A stretch of 64,000 bases of DNA from Thermoproteota archaeon. Its GTDB lineage: Archaea; Thermoproteota; Thermoprotei; Gearchaeales; Gearchaeaceae. Position numbers and translations under genes: made by a program. The stretch spans positions 160,001 to 224,000 of the forward strand of contig JAVVGF010000001.1 in the NCBI GenBank assembly GCA_032249235.1. The letters run 5' to 3'. Below, piece by piece: positions 9,680-18,581 of the stretch. The notes beneath the pieces are model-generated. The model saw nothing but the letters and a program-made list of their open reading frames with translations, was not told where the DNA came from and did no database searches. Numbering within the stretch: position 1 is the stretch's first letter; every line of letters starts with the position of its first letter.

Positions 9680-12211
9680 ATGGTTAAGCCACTTAGTATT
9701 GCTTTATCTAAAGAACTAGAAGAGTTATCAAACAAAATGAATAAGATGTTCGAAAATCCTGAAGGAAAGATTGTAGATATATTAGGAAAAGAAAGGATTG
9801 AACGCTTTAGGAAAGTATATTTTGCTATGCTTGATTTGATGAAGAATGGTTCATTACCTATACATCCTGATTATATTTCTGGAAACGAATTAGCTCAAAA
9901 AATTTATGAGAAAAAATATTTCTTGAAGGATCTTGAAGGGAATTTAATAGAGAAGAGACCTGAACATTTGTTCTTAAGGGTCGCTTCTTTTGTAGCAAGT
10001 GCTGAAGATGATTTCGAAAAGGCTCTGAAATTCGCAAAGGTATTCTATTTATTAATGTATGAAGGATACTTCATGCCTGCAGGAAGAGTTTTGGCAGGTG
10101 CAGGAGACTTATATCGTACAAAAACATTAGCTAACTGCTTCGTTTCTATGATAGCAGATGATAGCATTGAAGCCATTTATCAAGCTGCTTATGAAGCTGC
10201 AAGGACTTATTCATATGGAGGCGGTATAGGAATAGATATATCATGTTTGAGGCCTAAAGGTTCGAGAATACATAACGCTGCAATTACTTCTACTGGTAGC
10301 GTGAGCTTTATGGAGTTATATTCGTTAACTACAGGTTTAATTGGGCAAGAGGGTAGAAGAGGAGCTTTGATGCTAACAATAGATGTCAAGCATCCAGATG
10401 TATTTGATTTCATAATGTGCAAACAAGTACCTAATTGGGTTACTTCACAAATTGTCGAACAATTGAAAATGACTGGTATGTTTAATGAAAATCAACTAAA
10501 AGAAATAGAAAGACAAGTTAGAGAAAATACGCAAGTCAGATTCGCTAACATAAGCATAAAAGCAAGCAACGAATTCATGCGAGCAGTTGAAGAACAAATG
10601 ACTTATGGTCCTAATAAAATATTAGTATATAAGAAAAAGGCCAAAGGAGTTATAAAAAGAGTAGATAACATAAAAGATGTTCACTATTCATATGGAATTC
10701 CTTCCAAAGACATAAACAATTATGTACTAATAAAAGTTTTTGATAAGATAGAAGAATTAAATGAATTTTTAGGTATTGAATATAATATTCAAATTAATGA
10801 ATCTGATCTAAAAGATCCTTATAAAAGAGATGTATTTGGTGATTATGTCATTGAATTAAATAATAAAGATTTTGATCTTGCAATTCGTTATGCAGGAGAT
10901 TTCCTACTTTATTTCTCTTCTGATAAAACAGGCGAGATAAGGAAATTAATTAAGGCTAGAGAAATTTGGAATTTGTTCATTGAATCGAATTACAAAACAG
11001 CAGAACCTGGAATAATGTTCTGGGATAGGATGAAATATTATTCACCTTCAAATTATGTAGGTTTTCCAATAGTTACTACGAATCCTTGTGCCGAAGTACC
11101 TCTAGAAGATGGAGGAGCATGTAATTTAGGCTCAATAAATCTCTCAAGATTCGTAGACGATCCTTTCACAAGCTTCGCTAAAATAAATTTGAAAAAACTG
11201 AAAAGAGTTGTTAAATTCGCTGTTCGTTTCATGGATAATGTCATTGAATGGAATATATTATTGCATCCTTTACCTAAGCAAAGAGAAGCGAGCAAGAATA
11301 CAAGAAGAATTGGCTTAGGTGTCATGGGTGTAGCAGATATGTTTTATCAATTAGGCATTGATTATGATAGTCCTGAAGCATTAAGAATCCTTGATCGCGT
11401 AATGTTTACAATAGCAAACTCTGCATATCTTACATCTGCTCTTTTGGCAAAAGAAAAAGGTAAGCTCAACATAGACTATGAGAAATATTTAAACAACGCT
11501 TTCATTAAAGAAGCAATAAGCGAAAAAGTAAGAGAGAAGATAAAAGCTTATGGAATAAGAAACATAGCTTTATTATCTATAGCACCAACAGGTACAATAT
11601 CTAATATCGTGAAGTCTTTCGAGTATGAAGGAAAGAATTACATTGGTGTAAGCGGCGGTATTGAACCCGTTTTTGACATGTATTATTTAAGGAGAACCGA
11701 ATCTTTTAGCAGAAATGTATTGTTTAAAGTTTTCCATAGCACAATTCAAGCATATATCGATATTAAAAAATTGAATACAGCAGTGCAAGATGCAAAGGAT
11801 CTAGCGGAATTAAAGAAGTTATTGCCTTCTTTCTTCTTTAGAACAGCCCATGTAATTGATGTATATAAAAGAATAGAAGTTCAAGCTGTAGCTCAGCGTT
11901 ATGTAGATCATAGCATATCTTCAACGATTAATTTACCTGAAGATATCCATCCTGAAGTATTGTCAAAAATTTACTTTTATGCATGGAAAGCTGGTTTGAA
12001 AAGCGTAACTATATACAGAGAGGGTAGCAGATTTCCTATATTAAGTAGATTGAAGGAAAAAAGCAAGTTTGATGAATATAAAGATAAATTATTTGAAATA
12101 AAGATCGGAGATAAAACAATTATTGCAAAAGGAGATGAAATTATTGAATTACCTGATGGAACTTTATCTACACCTTATCATATATTATTAAGTAGGGGTA
12201 TGATTTCATGA
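9680..12211 (+). CDS. nrdJ: Adenosylcobalamin-dependent (class II) ribonucleotide reductase, large subunit
   Basis: TLANCFV, GGGIG, RRGALM, EPGIMFWD, TNPCAEVPL..GACNLGSINL, RRIGLGVMG, SIAPTGTIS, SGGIEP, SSTINLP, GLKSVTIYREGSR. Confidence 0.95.
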   Translation: MVKPLSIALSKELEELSNKMNKMFENPEGKIVDILGKERIERFRKVYFAMLDLMKNGSLPIHPDYISGNELAQKIYEKKYFLKDLEGNLIEKRPEHLFLRVASFVASAEDDFEKALKFAKVFYLLMYEGYFMPAGRVLAGAGDLYRTKTLANCFVSMIADDSIEAIYQAAYEAARTYSYGGGIGIDISCLRPKGSRIHNAAITSTGSVSFMELYSLTTGLIGQEGRRGALMLTIDVKHPDVFDFIMCKQVPNWVTSQIVEQLKMTGMFNENQLKEIERQVRENTQVRFANISIKASNEFMRAVEEQMTYGPNKILVYKKKAKGVIKRVDNIKDVHYSYGIPSKDINNYVLIKVFDKIEELNEFLGIEYNIQINESDLKDPYKRDVFGDYVIELNNKDFDLAIRYAGDFLLYFSSDKTGEIRKLIKAREIWNLFIESNYKTAEPGIMFWDRMKYYSPSNYVGFPIVTTNPCAEVPLEDGGACNLGSINLSRFVDDPFTSFAKINLKKLKRVVKFAVRFMDNVIEWNILLHPLPKQREASKNTRRIGLGVMGVADMFYQLGIDYDSPEALRILDRVMFTIANSAYLTSALLAKEKGKLNIDYEKYLNNAFIKEAISEKVREKIKAYGIRNIALLSIAPTGTISNIVKSFEYEGKNYIGVSGGIEPVFDMYYLRRTESFSRNVLFKVFHSTIQAYIDIKKLNTAVQDAKDLAELKKLLPSFFFRTAHVIDVYKRIEVQAVAQRYVDHSISSTINLPEDIHPEVLSKIYFYAWKAGLKSVTIYREGSRFPILSRLKEKSKFDEYKDKLFEIKIGDKTIIAKGDEIIELPDGTLSTPYHILLSRGMIS

Positions 12212-12900
12212 TAAAGCTGGAATCATTTGATTTTGAAATAAAAGAAGCTAAGAAAAAGCCAGAGCAGGAAATAGCTATACAAAAAGAAAAGGTATCTTTG
12301 ACACCTTTAGAAAGACCTTATTGCATAGATGGAAAAATATATAAGTTGAAAAGTAGATTTGTTGCGCATTCGATTTTCATTACAATAGGATACATTAAAG
12401 AAGGGAACAAAGTTAGACCTTTCGAGATCTTCATCAATAGCAAAGATCTTTCAAGAGCTGCGGAATTTACGATGCTAACAAGACTACTGTCTGCAATATT
12501 CAGAAGATTTGAAGATCCTGTATTCATTCTTGAAGAATTGAGAAGTGTTTATGATCCTAATAGGATTGGATATTGGATAACTTTGGATGAAAAAGGAGAG
12601 AAAAGAAGATATATACATTCATTATATGGAGAAATAGCTGAAGTAATTGAGCAATTCTTCAGAGAAATGGGCATAATTAAAGATTCTGAAAATACCCAAA
12701 TTGTTCCGTTAAACCAAGAAATTCAAATCAAACCAAAAATTCAAGAACCGTTTGCAAGTGAAAAACAAGTAACTGATATAGGTGTTGAAGAGTTGAATCT
12801 TTTCCAAATATGTCCAGTATGCAATTTAAGGACTTTGAAAATTGAAGGCGGTTGTTACACATGCATAAATCCTGAGTGTGGCTATACGCGTTGTGGATGA
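12208..12900 (+). CDS. NrdJb/TSCPD-type C-terminal subunit of class II RNR with Zn-ribbon
   Basis: RP..I.G..YK, RPFEIFINS, TRLLSAIFR; ends CPVC...EGGCYTCINPECGYTRCG; ATGA overlap with nrdJ. Confidence 0.85.
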   Translation: MIKLESFDFEIKEAKKKPEQEIAIQKEKVSLTPLERPYCIDGKIYKLKSRFVAHSIFITIGYIKEGNKVRPFEIFINSKDLSRAAEFTMLTRLLSAIFRRFEDPVFILEELRSVYDPNRIGYWITLDEKGEKRRYIHSLYGEIAEVIEQFFREMGIIKDSENTQIVPLNQEIQIKPKIQEPFASEKQVTDIGVEELNLFQICPVCNLRTLKIEGGCYTCINPECGYTRCG

Positions 12901-12933
12901 TCTAAATATTTTCAAATTTTAATATTAATATGA

Positions 12934-14073
12934 ATGCCTGTAAATTTACCGAAGGAAGCAAGGGTAAAGTATCAAAAGGTACTTGAAGCCAGGACTAAAG
13001 AAGAAAAACTTCGTGCTCTTCAAGAATATTTATCATCAATTCCAAAGCATAAAGGAACAGAAAATCTAATAGCACAAGTAAGGCATCAAATAGCTACTCT
13101 TAGAAAAGAAATAGAAAAAGAAAAGGAGTTAAAAAGAAGAATAACAACAGGACCAGCCTTTAATGTAAAAAAAGAAGGAGATCTTCAATATATTTTAGTA
13201 GGGTTTACTAAATCAGGCAAAAGTATTTTATTGAACAAACTTACAGGAGCAAAATCGGAATATGGTGAAAGACCATTCATAACTACCATGCCTATAGCTG
13301 GCACTTTAAACTATAAAGGTGTTCTAATACAGCTTGTTGATACTCCTTCTTTAATGGAAGGAAATGAAGACTGGAATAACATAGTCTTTTCTTTAGCAAG
13401 ATCTGCAGATGGTCTTATTCTTGTATTAGATGGATCAAAAAATGTTAATGAGCAATATTCAAAGCTTAAGGAAATGCTTAGAGAAAACGGAATTATTATA
13501 GGAACCAGGAAGTTCCACATAAAGGTTTACAAATCTCCTTTAAAGAAACTCAAAGTTATATTGAATGGAGAAATAATAGGTGCAACTGAAAATGATATTT
13601 ACAAGATATTAAACGATTATAAATTCAGAGATATAGTTGTTGAATTTTATGGGAAAGCTACATTAGAGGAATTCGAAACTGCTTTAATTAGCAATGTAAT
13701 TACTAAGCCTGCTATAATTTTGATAAATAATGCCAATGTAAAAGAAGGAAGTTATGATTTTGATGGATTAGAATACGTTAATATTTACTCTTCGGACTCC
13801 ATTGATAAGGAAGAAGTAGGTAGAAAAATCTTCGAAAGCTCAGGTATGATAAGAGTTTATACAAAAGAACCAAATGAAGATCATCCTTCAAACAAACCTT
13901 TAGTTGTTAAGAAAGGAACCACTGCAATAGAAGTTGCTGAAATAATTCATAAAGATCTTGCTAGACTTTTCAAATATGCAAGAGTTTGGGGTAAAAGTGT
14001 AAACTATCCTGGAGAGAAAGTAGGACCGAAACATGTTCTAGAAGATGGAGACATAATAGAAATTAGAGCGTGA
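12934..14073 (+). CDS. OBG-family DRG/Rbg1-like GTPase with TGS domain (G3/G4 motifs divergent)
   Basis: MPVNLP..A, PKHKGTE, G1 GFTKSGKS, IQLVDTP, RVYTKEP, FKYARVWGKS, HVLEDGDIIEI. Confidence 0.9.
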   Translation: MPVNLPKEARVKYQKVLEARTKEEKLRALQEYLSSIPKHKGTENLIAQVRHQIATLRKEIEKEKELKRRITTGPAFNVKKEGDLQYILVGFTKSGKSILLNKLTGAKSEYGERPFITTMPIAGTLNYKGVLIQLVDTPSLMEGNEDWNNIVFSLARSADGLILVLDGSKNVNEQYSKLKEMLRENGIIIGTRKFHIKVYKSPLKKLKVILNGEIIGATENDIYKILNDYKFRDIVVEFYGKATLEEFETALISNVITKPAIILINNANVKEGSYDFDGLEYVNIYSSDSIDKEEVGRKIFESSGMIRVYTKEPNEDHPSNKPLVVKKGTTAIEVAEIIHKDLARLFKYARVWGKSVNYPGEKVGPKHVLEDGDIIEIRA

Positions 14074-14909
14074 GAAAATTCATATCTCCATCTTCAATTT
14101 TAGTATTGCCTAGGTTAGAATTCGATGATGAAGGTAATATAAGAGGACTAGCTACAGTCTCTTATAATGTTGATTGCAAAGTCATTGCAGAATCAGAACT
14201 TAGCGATAAGTTTGAAATAATAGGAGGTGAAGAGTTCAAGTTAATTATTGAACGTGTAATAAGAAAATTAAATTTGAAGAATGCATCAATAAGAATTTCA
14301 TTCGAAAAAAGATTTTCTTCTTTAAATCAAGAACTCTCAGCTTTACTTTCTTCTTTTGCAAGTTATCTAAGCTTATTTGATTTTGATTTAAATGATAATA
14401 TTAAAAATTTAGAAGAAGAAGTGTTAAATGAAAAAATTTGTTTTTTATCTCCATTGACGCTATTATATAAAGGTTGTGTATTTTTCAAAAAGGATAATTT
14501 TTCTAGTATGTGTTATGAATTGAATTTCGATTTGCTAAATTATTCTATAATATTGATTGAGCTTGGAAGCCTAGATTTCAACTATTTCTTGAAAGACAAA
14601 AATTATCGAAAAGTTTTAGCGATTCATTCTTCATCCTCTTTCGATCTTTTCTCTTATTCGATGGATTTACCTTCACTTTATGAGGCAAATAATAGGTTAG
14701 CTTTTCAAGCTGGAATAATTGAACCTGAAATTGAAGAAATGATGAATGAAGCGAGGAAGTTGAATTGCGATTTTGTAGGTTATAATTATTTCTCTAGAGC
14801 TTTTCATTGTCTTGTTAAAAAAGAATTAAGAAATACAGTTTATGAGAATTTAATAGGAATCCTATCTAAGAATGATAAAATAACTATCTTAGAATTTTTT
14901 AATTCCTAA
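14070..14909 (+). CDS. Hypothetical protein, possibly degenerate GHMP-kinase (pantoate kinase-like) fold
   Basis: Length and layout resemble archaeal pantoate kinase but the glycine-rich motifs are absent; GTGA overlap with the GTPase gene. Confidence 0.4.
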   Translation: MRKFISPSSILVLPRLEFDDEGNIRGLATVSYNVDCKVIAESELSDKFEIIGGEEFKLIIERVIRKLNLKNASIRISFEKRFSSLNQELSALLSSFASYLSLFDFDLNDNIKNLEEEVLNEKICFLSPLTLLYKGCVFFKKDNFSSMCYELNFDLLNYSIILIELGSLDFNYFLKDKNYRKVLAIHSSSSFDLFSYSMDLPSLYEANNRLAFQAGIIEPEIEEMMNEARKLNCDFVGYNYFSRAFHCLVKKELRNTVYENLIGILSKNDKITILEFFNS

Positions 14910-14916
14910 AATAAAA

Positions 14917-14924
14917 TTTATATA
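14917..14924 (+). promoter_or_regulatory. TATA box upstream of peroxiredoxin
   Basis: TTTATATA about 23 bp upstream of ATG 14947. Confidence 0.5.
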
Positions 14925-14946
14925 TAGGAAACAAGAGAGATAATCT

Positions 14947-15414
14947 ATGCCTGAAGTAGGAGATAAATTTATAGACTTCGAACTACCTGACCAAAATCTA
15001 AACAAAGTAAGACTTTCAGATTATGTAGGGAAGAAGAACATAGTTCTAGCGTTCTATTTCCTAGATTTCACTTCTGTATGCACAAACGAGATGTGCACCT
15101 TTGATAGGTTTTTGAGCGAATTGGAAAAGTTGGATGCAACTGTTTTGGGTATAAGCGTCGATAGTCCATTTTCTCATAAAGCATTCGCAGAAAAATACAA
15201 CATAAAATATCCATTATTAAGTGATTTCAATAGAGAAGTGATTGAAAAGTATGGTGTAGTTCATGATGAAATGTTTGGTTTCAAAAGAGTAGGCAAAAGA
15301 GCTGTATTCATTATTGACAAGCAAGGAATAATAAGATACAAATGGGTTACAGATAATCCTAGGAATGAACCTAATTACGAGGAAATAAAACAAGTCCTTG
15401 CAAAGCTCAAGTGA
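14947..15414 (+). CDS. Peroxiredoxin (AhpE/BCP-like)
   Basis: VLAFYFLDFTSVCTNEMC, GISVDSPFSHKAF, LLSDFN, RAVFIID. Confidence 0.92.
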   Translation: MPEVGDKFIDFELPDQNLNKVRLSDYVGKKNIVLAFYFLDFTSVCTNEMCTFDRFLSELEKLDATVLGISVDSPFSHKAFAEKYNIKYPLLSDFNREVIEKYGVVHDEMFGFKRVGKRAVFIIDKQGIIRYKWVTDNPRNEPNYEEIKQVLAKLK

Positions 15415-15706
15415 ATTTCTGGAAGATTTTATAAATAAAAACAATTTAAAAGAGGATATAATTTTTTTAATTTCAAAATTCAAAGAATATTTAGAATTTT
15501 ATAAAATAAATTATGATATAAGTTTAGATATATTTAGAGATTATTTTAATAAAAATTGGTCAATTTTAAGGCTAAATATTAAATTAAAGGATGTTCAAGA
15601 TTATGTTGAGTTCTATCTATTCAATCATTTAAGAGAAGTCTCAAAAACTATACTTAGCGAAGATAAAAGGAAGAAAGTTATAATTTATATGAGCAAAGAT
15701 GGATGA
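15398..15706 (+). CDS. Hypothetical protein upstream of HEPN-like gene (possible antitoxin-like partner)
   Basis: 102 aa, overlaps both neighbours; occupies the typical partner position in archaeal HEPN pairs; start codon uncertain. Confidence 0.45.
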   Translation: MQSSSEFLEDFINKNNLKEDIIFLISKFKEYLEFYKINYDISLDIFRDYFNKNWSILRLNIKLKDVQDYVEFYLFNHLREVSKTILSEDKRKKVIIYMSKDG

Positions 15707-16109
15707 TCACAAGCCTTCTGATTTCCTGCTAATTGCAGAGGATATTTACTTATCTCTTAAAGAAGGAGGAAAAGCAGTAGCGACAACTCCTCATGAAGCG
15801 GCATGGCTTAGATTAGCCATATCTTTGAGTTTCTTTTCTGTATTCAATGCAATGCTGAATGTCTTAAAAAATTATGAAGATCTTAATAAGGAATATCAGG
15901 AAAAATTGGAGAAAAATGAAATTAATTTATTCAGGTTTGTCATTGAGAAAGCCCTTGAAAAATTCAAACTGGATGAAATTATCACGCTATATGAGCTTTG
16001 GATCAAAGCATTTTTCATATTACCGCCTAATTACGAGGTTAATTTTGATGATGTAGAAAAAGCTGTGAAGATTGCAGGCAATGCTCTTCGAGTTCTAGGT
16101 CTTATTTGA
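15699..16109 (+). CDS. HEPN-like domain protein with degenerate catalytic motif
   Basis: DFLLIAE...LRLAISLSFFSVFNAM (cf. R.AISRAYYA.F), LYELWIKAFF in place of L...R..ADY, terminal DVEKAVKIA. Confidence 0.55.
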   Translation: MDDHKPSDFLLIAEDIYLSLKEGGKAVATTPHEAAWLRLAISLSFFSVFNAMLNVLKNYEDLNKEYQEKLEKNEINLFRFVIEKALEKFKLDEIITLYELWIKAFFILPPNYEVNFDDVEKAVKIAGNALRVLGLI

Positions 16110-16431
16110 TGTTTTCTTCGATGAATTTAACTAATTTATTCTTTGGAGCAGCACCAATTAATCTATTTATTTCTTTGCCGTTTTTGAAAATTATCAAAGT
16201 AGGTATAGCCATAATACCATATTTCTCCGCTATATCTGGATTTTCATCAACGTTTAATCTACCAAATCTCACCCTTCCTTCATATTCTCTTGCTAATTCT
16301 TCATAAATAGGTTCTAAAATTTTACATGGAACGCACCATTCAGCCCAGAAATCTACTATGTATGGTTTATCGCTATTCAAAACTTCATCCCAATTCTCCT
16401 TTGTAAGCGTTATTAAATTCTTGTTAGTCAT
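16102..16431 (-). CDS. trxA: Thioredoxin
   Basis: VDFWAEWCVPCK, LNVDENP, YGIMAIPTL. Confidence 0.95.
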   Translation of the reverse strand: MTNKNLITLTKENWDEVLNSDKPYIVDFWAEWCVPCKILEPIYEELAREYEGRVRFGRLNVDENPDIAEKYGIMAIPTLIIFKNGKEINRLIGAAPKNKLVKFIEENIK

Positions 16432-16448
16432 AGAACTTATAGTTCTAT
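16430..16448. promoter_or_regulatory. Perfect inverted repeat ATAGAACT-TAT-AGTTCTAT at divergent trxA/membrane-protein promoter
   Basis: 8-bp arms, 3-nt spacer, read directly; function inferred. Confidence 0.45.
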
Positions 16449-16464
16449 AACTTATATTTAAATT

Positions 16465-16851
16465 ATGAAACTTAGGAGGTCTTTGCCTGCTGCGATTGGT
16501 ATGATAGGAGGTTTCGCGAACATTATCTGGACAGGATTGATCGTTTTGGTCATGATAATTTATCTTGACTTCACAGGAGGAAGATCAGATTTAGGAGCGC
16601 TTTCAGCAATCATTTTCGCAATTTTATCAGCTCTTGTTTTAAGAAGTTCTGCAAATTACGACAGAAATAAAAGCAATTCGAAAAAAACGCTGATTTACAC
16701 TCTTCTCTTCATTTTAAATTCAATAATATTTGGTTTCTTAACGGCTAGAGATATTTTTGAATTAATGTTATTTAGTTTGATATTATTCGGTCCAGGTACT
16801 TTTCTTCTAATTCCTGCTTCTTATCTTCAATTAAAAGGATTAAAGGAGTAA
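16465..16851 (+). CDS. Small integral membrane protein (about 4 TM)
   Basis: Four hydrophobic stretches in 128 aa. Confidence 0.7.
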   Translation: MKLRRSLPAAIGMIGGFANIIWTGLIVLVMIIYLDFTGGRSDLGALSAIIFAILSALVLRSSANYDRNKSNSKKTLIYTLLFILNSIIFGFLTARDIFELMLFSLILFGPGTFLLIPASYLQLKGLKE

Positions 16852-17097
16852 ATCCTCGAAGATTTTCTCAGCTTCTTCTCTACTATTCACTTCTTTTACA
16901 GTAATTCTACCGTTTTTGTATATGCTTATTAATTTTTCTTTATAGTATCCTCTTACGATCAATCTTGTGTTCAATACAATTTTCTCCAGCTTCTTTTTAG
17001 CAATTTCAATACTTTCATCAGCAAGTTTAGGATTTAGAATAGCAACGTATCCTTTTTCATCGCCACACATTTCTGTTATCGCTCTTATCCTTCTCAA
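16840..17097 (-). CDS. Small hypothetical protein with TBP-like helix-grip signature
   Basis: MCGD near N-terminus and ISIYKNGRITVKEVNSREEAEKIFEDL, reminiscent of ThiF/MoeB C-terminal-type modules; TTG start. Confidence 0.55.
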   Translation of the reverse strand: MRRIRAITEMCGDEKGYVAILNPKLADESIEIAKKKLEKIVLNTRLIVRGYYKEKLISIYKNGRITVKEVNSREEAEKIFEDLLL

Positions 17098-17130
17098 TTC
17101 AAAAATGAATTGAATGAACTTCGTTAAATC

Positions 17131-17153
17131 TTTTTACAAACCTTTTGTAAAAA
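17131..17153. promoter_or_regulatory. Perfect inverted repeat TTTTTACAAA-CCT-TTTGTAAAAA in divergent intergenic region upstream of taw3
   Basis: 10-bp arms, 3-nt spacer, read directly; function inferred. Confidence 0.5.
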
Positions 17154-17160
17154 TTTTCTA

Positions 17161-17769
17161 GTGAACAAGTCTATAATTCAGTTATGGATTGAAAGAAAGG
17201 AATATTTTATAAAAAGACTCATGAAAGAGGATTCTGAAGGTAGGACAGATAAAGATATAATGGATTTGTTGAATTTGATAAATTCTTCGCAAAACTTTTA
17301 TACCTTAAGCTCTTGTAGTGGTAGAATACAGATCATAGAAGGCAGAAATTACTCGAAAAGGAAAGAGCTTAGAAGCATTGCTAAATTTCATTATGGAATA
17401 ACTAAAGAAGATTTGATGAACTCATTTCAAAATATTAAAGGCGATTATGCTTGGATTTCATTACAACCTCCTATCATCCATATTGCCGCTAAATCTTTTG
17501 ATGACGCTATTAAGTTATTGAAAATTGCAAGGACTTCAGGTTTTAAACATAGCGGAATACAAGCGAAGAATCCTGATAGATATGTAATAGAGCTTAACTC
17601 AAGCTTTAGACTTGATATTCCTTTAAGATATAAAGGCGTGAATTTAATAAAACAAGAAGAATTAGACTTGCTAGTAGAATTATTGAATGAAAATCTTAAG
17701 CTTGCAAAAGAATGCATCATTAAATTTAAGGAAAATTTCTCTAAAATTTTAAATGGAAATAAGAATTAG
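17161..17769 (+). CDS. taw3: tRNA wyosine-derivative methyltransferase Taw3/TYW3
   Basis: D.DI..LL..IN, YTLSSCSGRI, QPPIIHI, GFKHSGI. Confidence 0.92.
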   Translation: MNKSIIQLWIERKEYFIKRLMKEDSEGRTDKDIMDLLNLINSSQNFYTLSSCSGRIQIIEGRNYSKRKELRSIAKFHYGITKEDLMNSFQNIKGDYAWISLQPPIIHIAAKSFDDAIKLLKIARTSGFKHSGIQAKNPDRYVIELNSSFRLDIPLRYKGVNLIKQEELDLLVELLNENLKLAKECIIKFKENFSKILNGNKN

Positions 17770-18580
17770 AGAAGCAAAATTAGAAGATAAAGAGAAAATC
17801 ATTGAATTTTTGAAAGAAACAAATCCAAATGATTACATCTTCAATGTATTAGATTTTTGGTTAAAAGATGAAAATGGAAAGGTACTTATAGCCGAGCATG
17901 AAGGAAAAATTGTTGCAATGAATCATTTTTATCAACAAAGCAAAGAAAATGGTTGGCTTGAGGGTGCGCGTGTTCATAAAGATTATCGAGGTAAAGGAAT
18001 AGCTACGATGCTTGCATTGCGTTCATTAGAGCTACTAAAAGAAAGGGGAGTTAAAAAAGCTAGATTGGTTACTGCTGCAACTAACATTGCAGCCCAAAGA
18101 CATTTGATGCGAACTCCTTTCAAGCTTCATTCGAAGTGGTTAAGTGTAAATTTCCAAAATCCCAAGTTTGTTAGCATTAAACCTTATGATAATTTCTCAG
18201 AAGTCTATGACTTTCTAAACAGATCTAAGATTTTCAATGAATTTGGAAGAATATGTCATGATTATTTTTCATGGTTAGACTTCGATGAAGAATGGTTAAG
18301 AAATAGAATATTAAATAAAGAAGTATACTTCGATGGAGAGAATCTCGTAATAATAACTCAGTCAAGTAGGAGAGGTGGTAAATATTCGGTGAGTTATCTT
18401 GAATGTAATGCCAACAATTTAATACATATGCTAAATATTGCGTTTTCTTTAGTTAGTTTGAAAGATAAAGATTCAGGCATTTTATTTGTAATACCTTCTT
18501 TAAGTGAATACAAGCAGATTTTAGATAAAGAAAAAATTGAATATTATGAGCAGCTAGTTTATGAAGCTTTGATTTTATAG
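17753..18580 (+). CDS. GNAT family N-acetyltransferase
   Basis: IREAKLED, WLEGARVHKDYRGKGIA, N.AA motifs. Confidence 0.88.
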   Translation: MEIRIREAKLEDKEKIIEFLKETNPNDYIFNVLDFWLKDENGKVLIAEHEGKIVAMNHFYQQSKENGWLEGARVHKDYRGKGIATMLALRSLELLKERGVKKARLVTAATNIAAQRHLMRTPFKLHSKWLSVNFQNPKFVSIKPYDNFSEVYDFLNRSKIFNEFGRICHDYFSWLDFDEEWLRNRILNKEVYFDGENLVIITQSSRRGGKYSVSYLECNANNLIHMLNIAFSLVSLKDKDSGILFVIPSLSEYKQILDKEKIEYYEQLVYEALIL

Positions 18581-18581
18581 T

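Noticed and set aside
10597-10896. Intein in nrdJ
   Set aside because: No C/S start, HN-C/S/T end or endonuclease motif, and not at the NPC active-site insertion point.
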